Positions 37,849 to 51,058 are shown, counted from the stretch's first letter. The stretch: 64,000 nucleotides of DNA from Balanoglossus misakiensis (GCA_040954595.2 CM082596.2:842736-906735); one strand, 5' to 3'. Notes: generated from the sequence alone by a model not told the origin. Numbers and translations are program-made.

Positions 37849-40800
37849 CTATGCAGAATTGTCATCTTTCTGTTGTAAAGGTTGTTGTTCCTCCAATTGC
37901 ACTATCTCCTCCACCTGTAAGTGTGCTTGGATTGGCTGTTCCACCTTTTCTGGCTGTTGTTCCTCCCTCTGCTCTTGCTCTACAGGCTGTTCTGTTTGTT
38001 GTTGTTCTTCTTCTTCTGCCTCCCCTACATCCCCCACTTGGACTTCTGGTTCTGTGATGCTTTGTATCTCAGCATCGTCTGGTGACTGCACCTCTGGTTT
38101 CTCCTCCTCTTTCTTCTCCTGATCCTCCTCCTCGTCCCTGTCTTCCTTCCGATCTTCTTCTTCCCAATCCTTCTCTACATGCTCTGCTAATTGCTGACTG
38201 TCTTCTGAATCCTTGTCAAAATCTGGCTCGTCTGCTGTTAGCTTATAAAAATTCTCTTTTACTTCCCGAACCCTTTCTCCTTCCTTCTGATACATCTCCT
38301 CTCCTTCTTCTTCTGTTTCTACCCTCTGAATCTCTTCTGTGTGCTGCAAGAGATCGTCATGATCATGCAGCATTTCTCCTTCCAAGTGCATATGCTGATG
38401 TTCTAATATATCTTCTTCGTTTATCTTGTCACCCAGTTTCTGTCCAGTCTACAAAAAAAAAATGATACATTCATATAAATTGTCAGATTTTTTTTAAAGA
38501 TCTCCATCCATGAAAAGTATTTTGATTAAAAACTCTGTAACACTCAAGCATAATTTCATTATGTAAAGAAGGTGAAGTTACCTGTGAATCAGGGGGTGCC
38601 TGAATTGGTATACGATTAATTGGTCTTCTATGTGGCACCCTTTGTACTCTTTGTTGTTGTTCAGTGGAGTAGTAGGTGACACCCCCGTACATCTGACCCC
38701 CATACATCTGTCCCTGTGGTGGTTGCTGGAAGACGAAGATTGATTTACTTGTTAGAGTTATGCAAGCAATATGGTGGCGTTCCTTTTTTCACATATGCCA
38801 CCTACTAAAAATCGGTTATTGGCTAGATCTCAATTCACCATGAAGTTACCTGCGACTATATACCTAAAAGACTAATAAATCACTAAAACTTAGCAGTGAC
38901 GAACCTTGACAGGAAACTGCTGAATCTGAACTGGTACAGGAACGGGTGGTGGGGGTGCCGGGGCTGGTGTCGGAATAGGAGCTGACACCGGCACTGGTGG
39001 TGCCATCTGGTAGGGTGGGCCCGGAGGAACACTGTAACTGACCACTCCTGGTGTTACGAAGGCTGGAGCGTACGTTCCCACGGATTGCGGAGGAGGGGGA
39101 GGTGGTGGCTGTGTTCCCATGGAAACAGGTGTGAATAAGTTCGGATTTGGTACAGGCATATGTGGCTGTGATGGATGCTGCATACCTATACAAGAAAAAG
39201 AAACAATGTGGAATTTTTATTTCTTTCCAAAATTTTCATGTGGGCCAAATGGCTTCCTTCAACTTACAAAAGACTTTAAGTGCCATGAGGATGAAAGGTC
39301 ATGAAAGCATGGCCACCATGGCATTGTGGGGTGGAAAGTCAAATATTACCAGTAGACTCACCAGGATGTATGTTCATATCATGTTGGACCAGCATGCCTT
39401 GCCTCATCATGTGATCACCAGGTGGAGGTGGACCCTGTGGGGGAGGGGGTGTTCCTTCGAGAGTGTTAGGTGGGGTCGTGTTTGGGTGATACATGGGTCC
39501 TTGGAAACCTGTGCAAAGAGGAAAACATTTCACTCAGTAAACGTCAAATTAAATTTTCTATGTACTAAATGCAATATGACTTCCTAATCCAAACCAATTT
39601 GATTGTCTATTTTACTATGGGATCCAATACGCATAATGTACATGAAAGTTTGTATGAAAGTAATAAACATTACAAGAAACTGACCTGGATCAAAGAACTG
39701 AGGTCCTTGTGAGGGTCCTTCCATTAATGCAGGGGGGAGGTGCATAGCTGATGGAGGGACAGCCTCTGGCATCTGCCTCTGTCTCTGAGATGAATATCTT
39801 TTGGGTCTCGAAGTAGAATGGCCACCTCTTTGCGGTGGTGACTTGGCTGTTGGGGCTACATCTTGTCTGCTGTGTCCACCTCTTTGGGAAGGTTTTGGTG
39901 GCGAGTGTCGCACCTTTTTGACGTCTTGCTGTGGTACAGCTGGATAATTACTTGATGTTGGCTTTTGAGCTGCATGAAAAGATGAAGATTATTATTGCCA
40001 GAGAATATAATGTCATAAAACAACACTCTAAAACAAAACGTCTTTGCCCTCCCCCAAAATAATCTAATCATTTGTATCCAATGTCTGAACTCACCTGTTT
40101 CACTAGTAATTGTTCTTGTGACTGCAGCCGTGTCACCTTCCCCGTGATGTGCTGTCTCCACTTTGATGGTGATTTTCTCCAAACTTTCCTCTAATCCCGT
40201 GCTTTCTTTATCTGGACTTGTTATCTCAGCCTCAACTTCTTCATCTTGAGATCTGGCAGCGGCCACAGGCCTTCGTCTCTCTTTAGAATACGACTTCACT
40301 TCCCTGCCACCCCTGGGTGTATTAGTCCTGTTTGAATAATGCGCATTTCTATCATTTCTCTCGTCCTGTTCATGGTATAATTGCTCGCGCTGTTTTCTAT
40401 AATTCGTGTTTGTCCACTCACGAGTCCGTGGATACGAGAACGACCTAGCCTTGTCCTTATCACTGGGAGATTGCGAAAGCCGAGAAGATTGCTCTTTGTG
40501 ATAATCCTCATTCACATCACTCTGCTGTTTCCAATGGCGATTGTCATTCCGATGACCTCTGAACCCATCATTACTGTGATCACCACGGTAACTGTTTCTC
40601 TGATTGCGATTGGGTCTCTCAGTTCTCTGTTCATGATGGTAATCATCTTGTTTCTGAGGTCTTTGTTGTCGTTCATGCCTGTACTCTTGTTGTTCACGTC
40701 CGTAGTTATCATTTCTATTACTGTAGTAATCTTTATTGTCCCTATATTGTGGCCTTCTTCCTCCTCTACCTGACCCCCGACCTCTGCAAAAAACAGGAGT

Positions 40801-43545
40801 AGCGTTTTCGTCAGTAATAAAAGGGTGGTGCTCAAACGAAGATGTGACATGAACTCAAAGTTTTAGTTCAACTGGAAAACCCTTTAAGTTCACACCAAGT
40901 CACTGTGAAATTTATTGACAAATACTGTGGTCATGCAAAAGTATAATAGTTTCAATGACTTGTAAATGTGTAATAATGTACAGTAAACAGTAATATGACA
41001 AGTTCTTCACATCTTACCTTCCTCTGTATGGACGTGGTGCGCCTCTATGATTCTGATCCGATCTCATATCAAAGCCATACACCATCACGATTTCGTCCCT
41101 TGATTTGGGCGCCTGGTCATTCTCATTATACATATCATGTGCCCACTTTTCACTCTCCTTCCACAGTTTTTTCTTGGTGTTGGGTCTGCATGGATGAAAC
41201 ATAACCACTGGTTTAATCGTTTAAATGGGGAGTCAAATATATGCCCGAGGCACACACTGAAGTTTAGGCCCCCCTGGAAATAAAACTGAACAAAATAAAC
41301 ATTTTTGAATAGTTGAATACTATTTGCTGAATATTTCTCAGAAGGATGGTTTAAAATACCTTGTAGACCGGTTATCTTTTTCATCAGTGTATCGAACATC
41401 ATGTTCGAAATAAGCTCCTTGTCTCGGAATGAACTGGGGATTCTGACGATCTAGATCTGTGTCCAGTTGTTTTTCCTCCTGTGATGAGTCAATGTATAAT
41501 ATTCATTATCCTTCGATATTCAAAACGTAGCAGTACAAACAACAAGAATGGTCATGCACACATTTTGCTGCTAGTTTTTGTGTGTAAATGTTCAAGTCCT
41601 GAATGCCTCACCTGTCCGTCTCCCCTCGTTCTCTCCTCCTTAATCTGACTTTCCTCTCCTTCACTTTTCTCCCCCTCTTCTTCATCTGTGACATCTTCAT
41701 AATCATCATCATCCTGGAAATCCGAAATTCCCCAAAACAATGAAAACCAAAATCAATACCAATTTTGCTTCTTATACCGTTGTTTCTTTAAATTTCTTTT
41801 GGATGAAACTGTGTTTTATAATCTCATCACTTCCAAAATTATGAAAGACTTCAAAAGAATTAAATAAATGTCCCTGTGCCTTCTCAAATCAGTCAAGATC
41901 ATGCAGCTTTGACCCACAACGATACTTGCCTCTGATTTGTGATCCTCAGCACTTTCATATTTATCCGAATGATCTTCATCATTTCCCTTTTTTCTCGTAA
42001 CGGGAGTCTCACTTTCCTGGAATTCATACAAAAGAATGCAATGTCATTCAACTAAGAAATCAGGGGCTTTGTTAACATTACACAGGATGCAATTATTGAC
42101 CAGTATTTTAAAATATAAAGTAAACTGATATTGTTCCTGGTATGAAGCAGTTCTGCTGTAATCATTGACTTGTTGCCGAAACAACTGTCTGATCAATGGG
42201 GGTGAAATCATCAGCACATTTTCTGCATGCCTTTGAGATGAATACATGAATGAAATATTAGATTATCATACAGAGTTATGCTTACGTAAAGACAAAAGAA
42301 ATTGCTCTATAGAGTTGAATCGCAGGGATAAAAGTACATGTACTGTCTGAGTCAGCACAGCGTCCAGGTCAGTGTGACCTCTAAGCATATATGATGTGCC
42401 ACTGACTTTACAAACTCACTGGACTCAAGAAAATTATCCGCAAAGGTATAGGGTTGACTCAGAGAAATTTCTGTAAATCCTCAAATTGACTCCTTTTAAA
42501 TATTATGTTTGTTTAGAGGGTACATCCACTAGTCCAGGTTATTTCGAAAGGATGCATATCTCAATTTATGCAAGCGCAAAACAAAGACCCTTTGTCTACA
42601 GCAAGTCACTGCTTATTTATGCTACACACAGAAACAAAGAACATGGAATACAGTGGATGGGAACTTACAAGTGCCCTTTGACAAATAGTCAACACCTTGT
42701 CCATAATTCTGTGAATTCTGTGACATGACCATATATTTTGAGCAGAATAGGAGCGAGTCTAACATTAATTAATATTGGACTGTTATCACACCATCTGCAA
42801 ATGGCACTCAATATGATCAGTATAGCTTATCATTTTGGAAACTTAATTGTCATAATATTCATTCATTTCTATCCCCCTTCCACACTTGTGCATTTACTCA
42901 TACATGTAATTGTATAATATGCCAAATTCATGGGAATCAGTTGAAGTGAAGCCCTCTGGAATTTACCATACTGTTTGTTGAACACTACTGGTTACAGGAG
43001 CACAAAATTAAATCTTGACCCGGTGAAAACAAGACATATACAACAACGAGAATTGTCAGTTGTATCGAATGTACATGTACATGTACGACATAAAGAAACG
43101 TGCAGCATGTCCGAACGATCGCGTGGTGTTGACAAATGAGTACGCATGCCAAGTTCACGTAGTGCTGAGCAATTCGCAAACTGGCTGCGTCGTTAGAATT
43201 CGTTTTTTCTTCTGAAGGGATAATCATGTCGATCTAGGACATACTAGATCCCTCTAACAACTAATATACACCCTGTTCCATTAAATGGAGCTGAAATATA
43301 CACATGTCATGACAGTCGGAAATATACAAAGACTGAACTGAAGTAGACTATCCCAAGGTCGGGTTTCAAACGTCCCGTCTCTTTGCTATTTGAGATGCCA
43401 CGCGCTCAAGATAAGTTTGCAAGATATGTACACTTACAGAGTCTGATCTGTCTTCTCGGTCTTGGCTATTATCGCTTGAAAGCAACTCGTCTTCGCTTCC
43501 GTCGTCGGACCCTGAAAGCCGTCGCCGCCGACGTCTTTCCGCCAT
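37849..43545 (-). CDS. CASC3: CASC3 / Barentsz / MLN51, exon junction complex subunit, ~909 aa, 11 coding exons
   Basis: Exons 43545-43438, 42016-41930 (GC donor), 41713-41612, 41478-41360, 41185-41018, 40783-40095, 39969-39685, 39508-39362, 39185-38905, 38725-38582, 38448-37849; phases consistent. MAERRRRR start, YESAED, GDGQ, SELOR/Btz domain (NPQFIPRQGAYFEHDVR; KWAHDMYNENDQAPKSRDEIVMVYGFDMR), KRYSSQRQR, Pro-rich region, YGGVTYY. Confidence 0.93.
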
Positions 43546-44492
43546 CTTGACATCGATTTGTGGGTCTCGTGAATTACGAGATTTAGCGAGACCCATATCA
43601 CTTAAAGCATGTGACCTCTGACCTGACTGGGAATATATTACAGGGCTTTATCTGTGATTCAAGTTACCGGGGAAACAAAGACATGCACACAAGCCTATGG
43701 AATATTTAATATTTATAAATTGTAAATTTATAAATGTATAAATTGCATAAATTTATAATTTTAAATTCATAAACATTGAATTTGCATAATTTAAATTTGT
43801 TTATATTATTTTTCCAATGCATTTTGTTCTTTGTATCAATTATTACATTTTTTGCTCTTTCAGAAAAATATCGAAATTCCCACAAATCCTGAAGGCCTGC
43901 ATGGATAATGCTGGATACCCAGGGAACAGTCAGTGCCACACGGATTCCAAGAGATATGTGTATCAACATTCAATCCAAGTATTCAAAAGAAATTGCAAAC
44001 TCTTCTTTAACAGATAGTTTCTTTTGAGTTTTAGTCTTTTCCTTTTAGTGTGTTCCTACTTTGTAATATTTTATCTGTAGTTACTCTGAGTGTATAGCTC
44101 ATGAACATTGTCTAAAAATGACAAAGTCTCATCTTTGCGAACTTTGGTGATTTTTGTCATTTTTGGACATTTTTCATGGGTTATATAGCTCACTAATTTT
44201 GGCAGTCAAGATTTTGTCATTGATTGACAATTTTCATAAGCTATAGCTCACTTGAAATTATTATATGACCGATTCCAATTTAGATGAAAATCTGAAAAAC
44301 ATGTTTTTTCCCTACCAACTTGCAAGAGTTTTAGTGTTGTTTTTGTCGTGTATCAACTACCAATTTTTATGTACATTATGTAGTGTTGTTTATAAAAGAT
44401 ATGTTTAAGAATTGTTATGTATCAATTATGGAGGACAAGAAATTGAAGTGTTGTTGATTATTAAAGAGGTGTTTATTGGTGGATGACCATGT

Positions 44493-44851
44493 AAGGGAAT
44501 GGGGGATTAATACAGTTAAAATTTTAAGTCGGACTTTTACTTAGAATTTTTAAGGGAAAGGGTGATTAATACAGTTAAAATTTTAAGTCGGACTTTACTT
44601 AGAATTTTAAGGGAAAGGGTGATTAATACAGTTAAAATTTTAAGGTCGACTTTTACTGAGAACTTTAGGGGAAAGGGTGATTAATACAGTTAAAAATTTT
44701 AAGTCGGACTTTACTTAGAACTTTAAGGGAAATGGTGATTAATACAGTTAAAATTTTAAGTGACATTTTTACTGAGAACTTTAAGGGAAAGGGTGATTAA
44801 TACAGTTATAAAATATAGGAATGGGTGGTTAATACAGTTAAAATTTTAAGT
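44493..44851. repeat. ~58-bp minisatellite, about 6 units
   Basis: Unit aagggaaagggtgattaatacagttaaaattttaagtcggactttacttagaa(t/c)ttt repeated with small indels. Confidence 0.9.
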
Positions 44852-45193
44852 AAAAATATATACCTTTAAAGTTTAACTGTATTAACCACACAATCCTTTT
44901 AAGGGACTGTGGTCAATGATCAACACATCAGTATGAATTGTTTATGTATATAAGGTTCATTCATATTTCAAAGGCTGAATAGATTTCTTTAATTTACTGT
45001 CAGCCTTTGTAGACATATACACATATTGACATCATAACAGGTGTTATCATCAAATTCCAATTCAATGAAATAAGGAATATGTCATATCTGAGTTTCAAAT
45101 TACATATACACAAATGTTAACTAAAAAATAGCGTCAAGGACACTGTGGTCCCATTTAAGGACATAGCACATAGCAACATAGCAATAAGCGTAT

Positions 45194-47855
45194 CTGCTCT
45201 GGATGCCAAGATATGGAAAAGTAGGTCAAAGGTCACCTGAGGTCATGCAAAATTTGGGCAAGAAATTTTGACATTATACTGGTCCATGTTCAATAAAAAC
45301 CAAACCTATAGCCTTATTGGTTAGCCTGGAATTAGGTATGCGCATAATTAATGAGATATGCAGGTGTCACAGGTGACCCCCAATTTTGGCTTTTCAATTT
45401 TAGTCCCAACCCTCCAAACGCCAAGTCTGTACCTGCTCTGGATGCCAAGATATGGTAAAGTAGGTCAAAGTTCACCTGAGGTCATGCAAAATTTGGGCAA
45501 GAAATTTTGACCCTATACTGGTCCATGTTCAACAAAAACCAAACCTATAGCCCTATTGGTTAGCCTGGAATTAGGTATGCACATAATTAATGAGATATGC
45601 AGGTGTCACAGGTGACCCCCAATTTTGGCTTTTCAATTTTAGTCCCAACCCTCCAAACGCCAAGTCTGTACCTGCTCTGGATGCCAAGATATGGAAAAGT
45701 AGGTCAAAGGTCACCTGAGGTCATGCAAAATTTGGGCAAGAAATTTTGACCCTATACTCGTCCATGTTCAACAAAAACCAAACCTATAGCCCTATTGGTT
45801 AGCCTGGAATTAGGTATGCACATAATTAATGAGATATGCAGGTGTCACAGGTGACCCCCAAACGCCAAGTCTGTACCTGCTCTGGATGCCAAGATATGGA
45901 AAAGTAGGTCAAAGGTCACCTGAGGTCATGCAAAATTTGGGCAAGAAATTTTGACCCTATACTGGTCCATGTTCAACAAAAACCAAACCTATAGCCCTAT
46001 TGGTTAGCCTGGAATTAGGAATGCACATAATTAATGAGATATGCAGGTGTCACAGGCGACCCCCAATTTTGGCTTTTCAATTTTAGTCCCAACCCTCCAA
46101 ACGCCAAGTCTGTACCTGCTCTGGATGCCAAGATATGGAAAAGTAGGTCAAAGGTCACCTGAGGTCATGCAAAATTTGGGCAAGAAATTTTGACCCTATA
46201 CTCGTCCATGTTCAACAAAAACCAAACCTATAGCCCTATTGGTTAGCCTGGAATTAGGTATGCACATAATTAATGAGATATGCAGGTGTCACAGGTGACC
46301 CCCAAACGCCAAGTCTGTACCTGCTCTGGATGCCAACATATGGAAAAGTAGGTCAAAGGTCACCTGAGGTCATGCAAAATTTGGGCAAGAAATTTTGACC
46401 CTATACTGGTCCATGTTCAACAAAAACCAAACCTATAGCCCTATTGGTTAGCCTGGAATTAGGTATGCACATAATTAATGAGATATGCAGGTGTCACAGG
46501 CGACCCCCAATTTTGGCTTTTCAATTTTAGTCCCAACCCTCCAAACGCCAAGTCTGTACCTGCTCTGGATGCCAAGATATGGAAAAGTAGGTCAAAGGTC
46601 ACCTGAGGTCATGCAAAATTTGGGCAAGAAATTTTGACCCTATACTTGTCCATGTTCAACAAAAACCAAACCTATAGCCCTATTGGTTAGCCTGGAATTA
46701 GGTATGCACATAATTAATGAGATATGCAGGTGTCACAGGTGACCCCCAAACGCCAAGTCTGTACCTGCTCTGGATGCCAACATATGGAAAAGTAGGTCAA
46801 AGGTCACCTGAGGTCATGCAAAATTTGGGCAAGAAATTTTGACCCTATACTGGTCCATGTTCAACAAAAACCAAACCTATAGCCCTATTGGTTAGCCTGG
46901 AATTAGGTATGCACATAATTAATGAGATATGCAGGTGTCACAGGTGACCCCCAATTTTGGCTTTTCAATTTTAGTCCCAACCCTCCAAACGCCAAGTCTG
47001 TACCTGCTCTGGATGCCAAGATATGGAAAAGTAGGTCAAAGGTCACCTGAGGTCATGCAAAATTTGGGCAAGAAATTTTGACCCTATACTCGTCCATGTT
47101 CAACAAAAAACAAACCTAAAGCCCTATTGGTTAGCCTGGAATTAGGTATGCACATAATTAATGAGATATGCAGGTGTCACAGGTGACCCCACAAACGCCA
47201 AGTCTGTACCTGCTCTGGATGCCAAGATATGGAAAAGTAGGTCAAAGGTCACCTGAGGTCATGCAAAATTTGGGCAAGAAATTTTGACCCTATACTCGTC
47301 CATGTTCAACAAAAAACAAACCTAAAGCCCTATTGGTTAGCCTGGAATTAGGTATGCACATAATTAATGAGATATGCAGGTGTCACAGGTGACCCCACAA
47401 ACGCCAAGTCTGTACCTGCTCTGGATGCCAAGATATGGAAAAGTAGGTCAAAGGTCACCTGAGGTCATGCAAAATTTGGGCAAGAAATTTTGATCCTATA
47501 CTGGTCCATGTTCAACAAAAACCAAACCTATAGCCCTATTGGTTAGCCTGGAATTAGGTATGCACATAATTAATGAGATATGCAGGTGTCACAGGTGACC
47601 CCCAATTTTGGCTTTTCAATTTTAGTCCCAACCCTCCAAACGCCAAGTCTGTACCTGCTCTGGATGCCAAGATATAGGAAAGTAGGTCAAAGGTCACCTG
47701 AGGTCATGCAAAATTTGGGCAAGAAATTTTGACCCTATACTGGTCCATGTCCCACAAGAACGAAACCTCTAGCCCTATTAGTTAGCCCGGAATTAGGTAT
47801 GCACATAATTAATGTGTTAAGCAGGTGTTACAGGTGAGCCCAAAAATTTGCCTTT
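45194..47855. repeat. tandem satellite, 12 units of 239 or 205/206 bp
   Basis: Unit starts (ctgctctggatgcc) at 45194, 45433, 45672, 45877, 46116, 46321, 46560, 46765, 47004, 47210, 47416, 47655; near-identical copies, last one degenerating. Confidence 0.97.
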
Positions 47856-47891
47856 TATTTTGGCCCCATTGTGCTCACTGACCAATAGACA

Positions 47892-48457
47892 CATTCTCCA
47901 CGCAGAGACTTGGAGTGGATAATTCTAGCCTAGCTAGGGGGTCTGACCAATAGCCACTATAGTCTCTGCCACAAGCTAATTTAAATATTCCAAACCGGAC
48001 CTTCTTTCAGTCCTGCGCGAGCCCAGTTGGTTCAATAAATATGGCGGACAGTTCCGGGTTTGAGGGGTTGTCGAGGGTGAACGATAGCACTTTCCAAACA
48101 TGTCAATTTAGAGTCATAAGCTGCAATAACTTTCGCGATTGCGTCTGAAAAACCTATAGCAACGGGGGCAGCCATCTTGAATCGTCAATTCACATTTATG
48201 TAACCTAGGGCAGGATCTATGTTTTGCAAGTGTTCACGTATATATCACGGATTCGAGGATCGACTTTAAAACTGGTTCATTTTTTAGTTCTCTTATTTTT
48301 TTTGGTACAAAATATTAAACTTAAAAAAGACAGGAAATGTATATTATAGAAAACGCGCAACACCCAAAAAGTGGGTGTAAAATGTCGACTGTGGCAGAGA
48401 CTAAATAGCGGCTATTGGTCGGACTCCCTAGCAAGGTTAGTCTCTGCGTGGAGAATG
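47892..48457. mobile_element. non-autonomous TIR DNA transposon (566 bp) with 9-bp target-site duplication
   Basis: cattctccacgcagagact...gtctgaccaatagcc...tagtctctgccaca at left mirrors tgtggcagagacta...ggctattggtcggac...agtctctgcgtggagaatg at right; direct repeat CAATAGACA at 47883-47891 and 48458-48466; no ORF. Confidence 0.85.
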
Positions 48458-49925
48458 CAATAGACAGTCACTGTACAGGACTATTGCACAGACCAGAATT
48501 CCACAATAAGACGTGGACATAGCTTAACCATAGAGGTATAAGTACATACAGACGCAACCCATCCCATAAGGTCCCATGGTATATAGGCCTATACCAATGG
48601 GACCTAAAAAATCTATGAATTTTCCATTAAGTGAAAATTTTAAGGACACAGGTGACTAATACAGTTAAAATTATTTACATTACTTTTCTGTTTTGAGAAC
48701 TAGAGCAACCTATCATGGTAAACACACAGAAACAAAAGTCTAACATCCAATAATTGTTGGAACGACCAGCAATTTATGGTTACAGACCTTTCAAACTTCA
48801 AATAACTGTAACAATAACTCTGAAATAATAATGTTATACCTATTAAAGGTGTAAGGCCAATCATATTTGATTTTAACAATACGTTTCAGACATTTTTAAG
48901 ATTCCCTGATATATACTCTGTCTCAAACACTAGCTTAAGGAGCCCACAACAGTATAATTGGTAGCCTAGGGATGATCATCATAGAGAGGCAGCAGTTAAA
49001 GTTTTAAGGGACTTAAGCTTTTCCTGATTTTTATAATTTCACATTGAGTCTATACATTATAATACTCGAATCTTGACTCAATCATCTTTTTTTTCAGAGA
49101 AGTGTTGAATGACATGTTCAAAGGATCCGCCAAAACTGAGCAAAGTAATTTACATTTGGAAATAGTACTTGTAAATTGTAAATACATGTACTTGCATTCA
49201 TACTCAGATATGACACATTATAACATCTATACAATACTCATCAATCTAGTAATTAAACAACAGTAAAAACACACCAACCAAGATAGAATTAACATTTCAA
49301 AATATGGTCCTGCTGCAATTCCAACTTTTACAAATAAAAGAAATGAATTTGGAGAACCATCAAACCAATTTTCTTACTTTGCAATTGTCTAGTTAAGTTG
49401 CTCAATGTTTTCATCACAAACATTATTGTTTGTGTATGGATATTTACAATGCTGTATATTATCAAAGTGAATAAAAAGGATTCTAATTTTAAAAGGAAAG
49501 AAAAAAATCATTTTACCCTCTCACCCCTACTGACCTGTACATGGGTACAACCACACCATGGGAAACAATGGGGCTGTACCAATGTTAGTAGTGAATGTGC
49601 AAGACACTTTGACCATAGAACTTATACTGCTATTAACTCTAATTTACAATAAAGACTATCACTGGAGAGCACAATTATAAACAAACATCTCTCTTCCATC
49701 TGATAAAATCAAAATGGAAATGTACTTTCACATCCAGCGAAAAAGCATTGATTATTTCATGTCAAATCTAGAGCCCACATTATCTCACTTCAGGTCAATC
49801 AAGAGTAAAGACTATCCCATAATATATCTTATATCAAGGCAAAAGCATACCTTATGTCATATTAGTAAAAATATAAATATGCATCCAGTTTGACTAGTCA
49901 GTAGATAGGGCCCCAGTCTCCCACA

Positions 49926-50051
49926 GTCAGCCTACAATTGTGATGTCAGAGATACTTCCTGTTTTCTGACAAATAAAATCTGCATACTAAATAGCACGTC
50001 AGCCTACACTTGCTATGTCAAAGATATTTCTTGTATTCTGACAAATGAAAT
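49926..50051. repeat. two-copy duplication, period 72 bp, downstream of the PDE1 stop
   Basis: gtcagcctaca...atgtca.agata.ttc.tgt.ttctgacaaat.aaat at 49926 and 49998. Confidence 0.7.
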
Positions 50052-51058
50052 TGTCAAATCCCCCCATAAACATAACACTTCCTACGAAAGTTTCTCAAAG
50101 TTTCAAGAATATGATTGGCAAAGCTATATTTATATTCCTCCCTATTTAAGTGAGAACTTCAATAAATAAATGGATTTAAAAGTTAATGGATGCATGCTAA
50201 CATTTGTTCATTTGATTTGAAATGAAAATATGAAAATAGAAACTTATTTACTATACATAACAAATGACAACTGTACAGTTAAGTGAAAGACAGGGGCCAT
50301 GTTTTTGTTTTGGAAAGGAGTTGTTCATTCTAACTACAGGAAAAACATTCTAAACAGCACCTGAAAACATGAGGAGATGGAGAGTTTGAAAGAAGTCACA
50401 TCCGGATTTTAGTTTTGTGGGTAATCTCAGATACCATATAGCTTAGACTTTGAGGGTCACTTTACATCGCAGGCTTAACTTGTGAGAGAAAGTTACCCTC
50501 AACTTCTTGGTATATGTCACCTGAGATCAATGGCTCATCTTACCATTGATTCACTGGTCACTTAATTACCTTTTAATTAAAGGTAAGTAATTACCACTGA
50601 ATCAGGGGTTCAATTGTCATCAACTTGGTAATATGTTTTCAATTAGATATTTTTCCATTCAACATACCAATAATACTGTGTATAGATTACTACCAATTAT
50701 TGAGAAAAAATTGTGTTATATTGATAGTAAAACATTCTCAAATTGAAGGACAATTACCAGTGATGACAAGGAACTTACCTTCAAATCAATGGCAACTCAC
50801 CACTGAATTGATGGCAACTTACAATCACAAATGAATGGGCATATTAAACTGACAAGTGGCATTCCTCAAATCTTCAGTGACTTACCATCAAACCTAAGAT
50901 AACTTACCATCAAATCTTGGGTATTTTGTATCATCCAATCTAGGGAAATATCATGACCACACAATTTATTTTTGGCTATAAATACAAAGCCAAACTACTT
51001 TAAAGACACAGTTAAACTAATTATGCTCCATATAAAAAATTATGATTTTAGTAATTTT

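Noticed and set aside
37710-40850. Hydrophobic-looking overlapping ORFs around CASC3
   Set aside because: Antisense or alternate-frame shadows of low-complexity E/Q- and R/D/N-rich exons
43546-43596. Upstream in-frame ATG extending CASC3 by 17 aa
   Set aside because: The second ATG (AAGATGGCG) matches the conserved MA.RRR start; the upstream part looks like promoter or 5' UTR
43720-43815. AT-only quasi-repeat upstream of CASC3
   Set aside because: Low-complexity sequence without a definable unit
45194-47855. CRISPR-like array
   Set aside because: Units are whole near-identical 205-239-bp copies with no unique spacers; eukaryotic context and no cas genes
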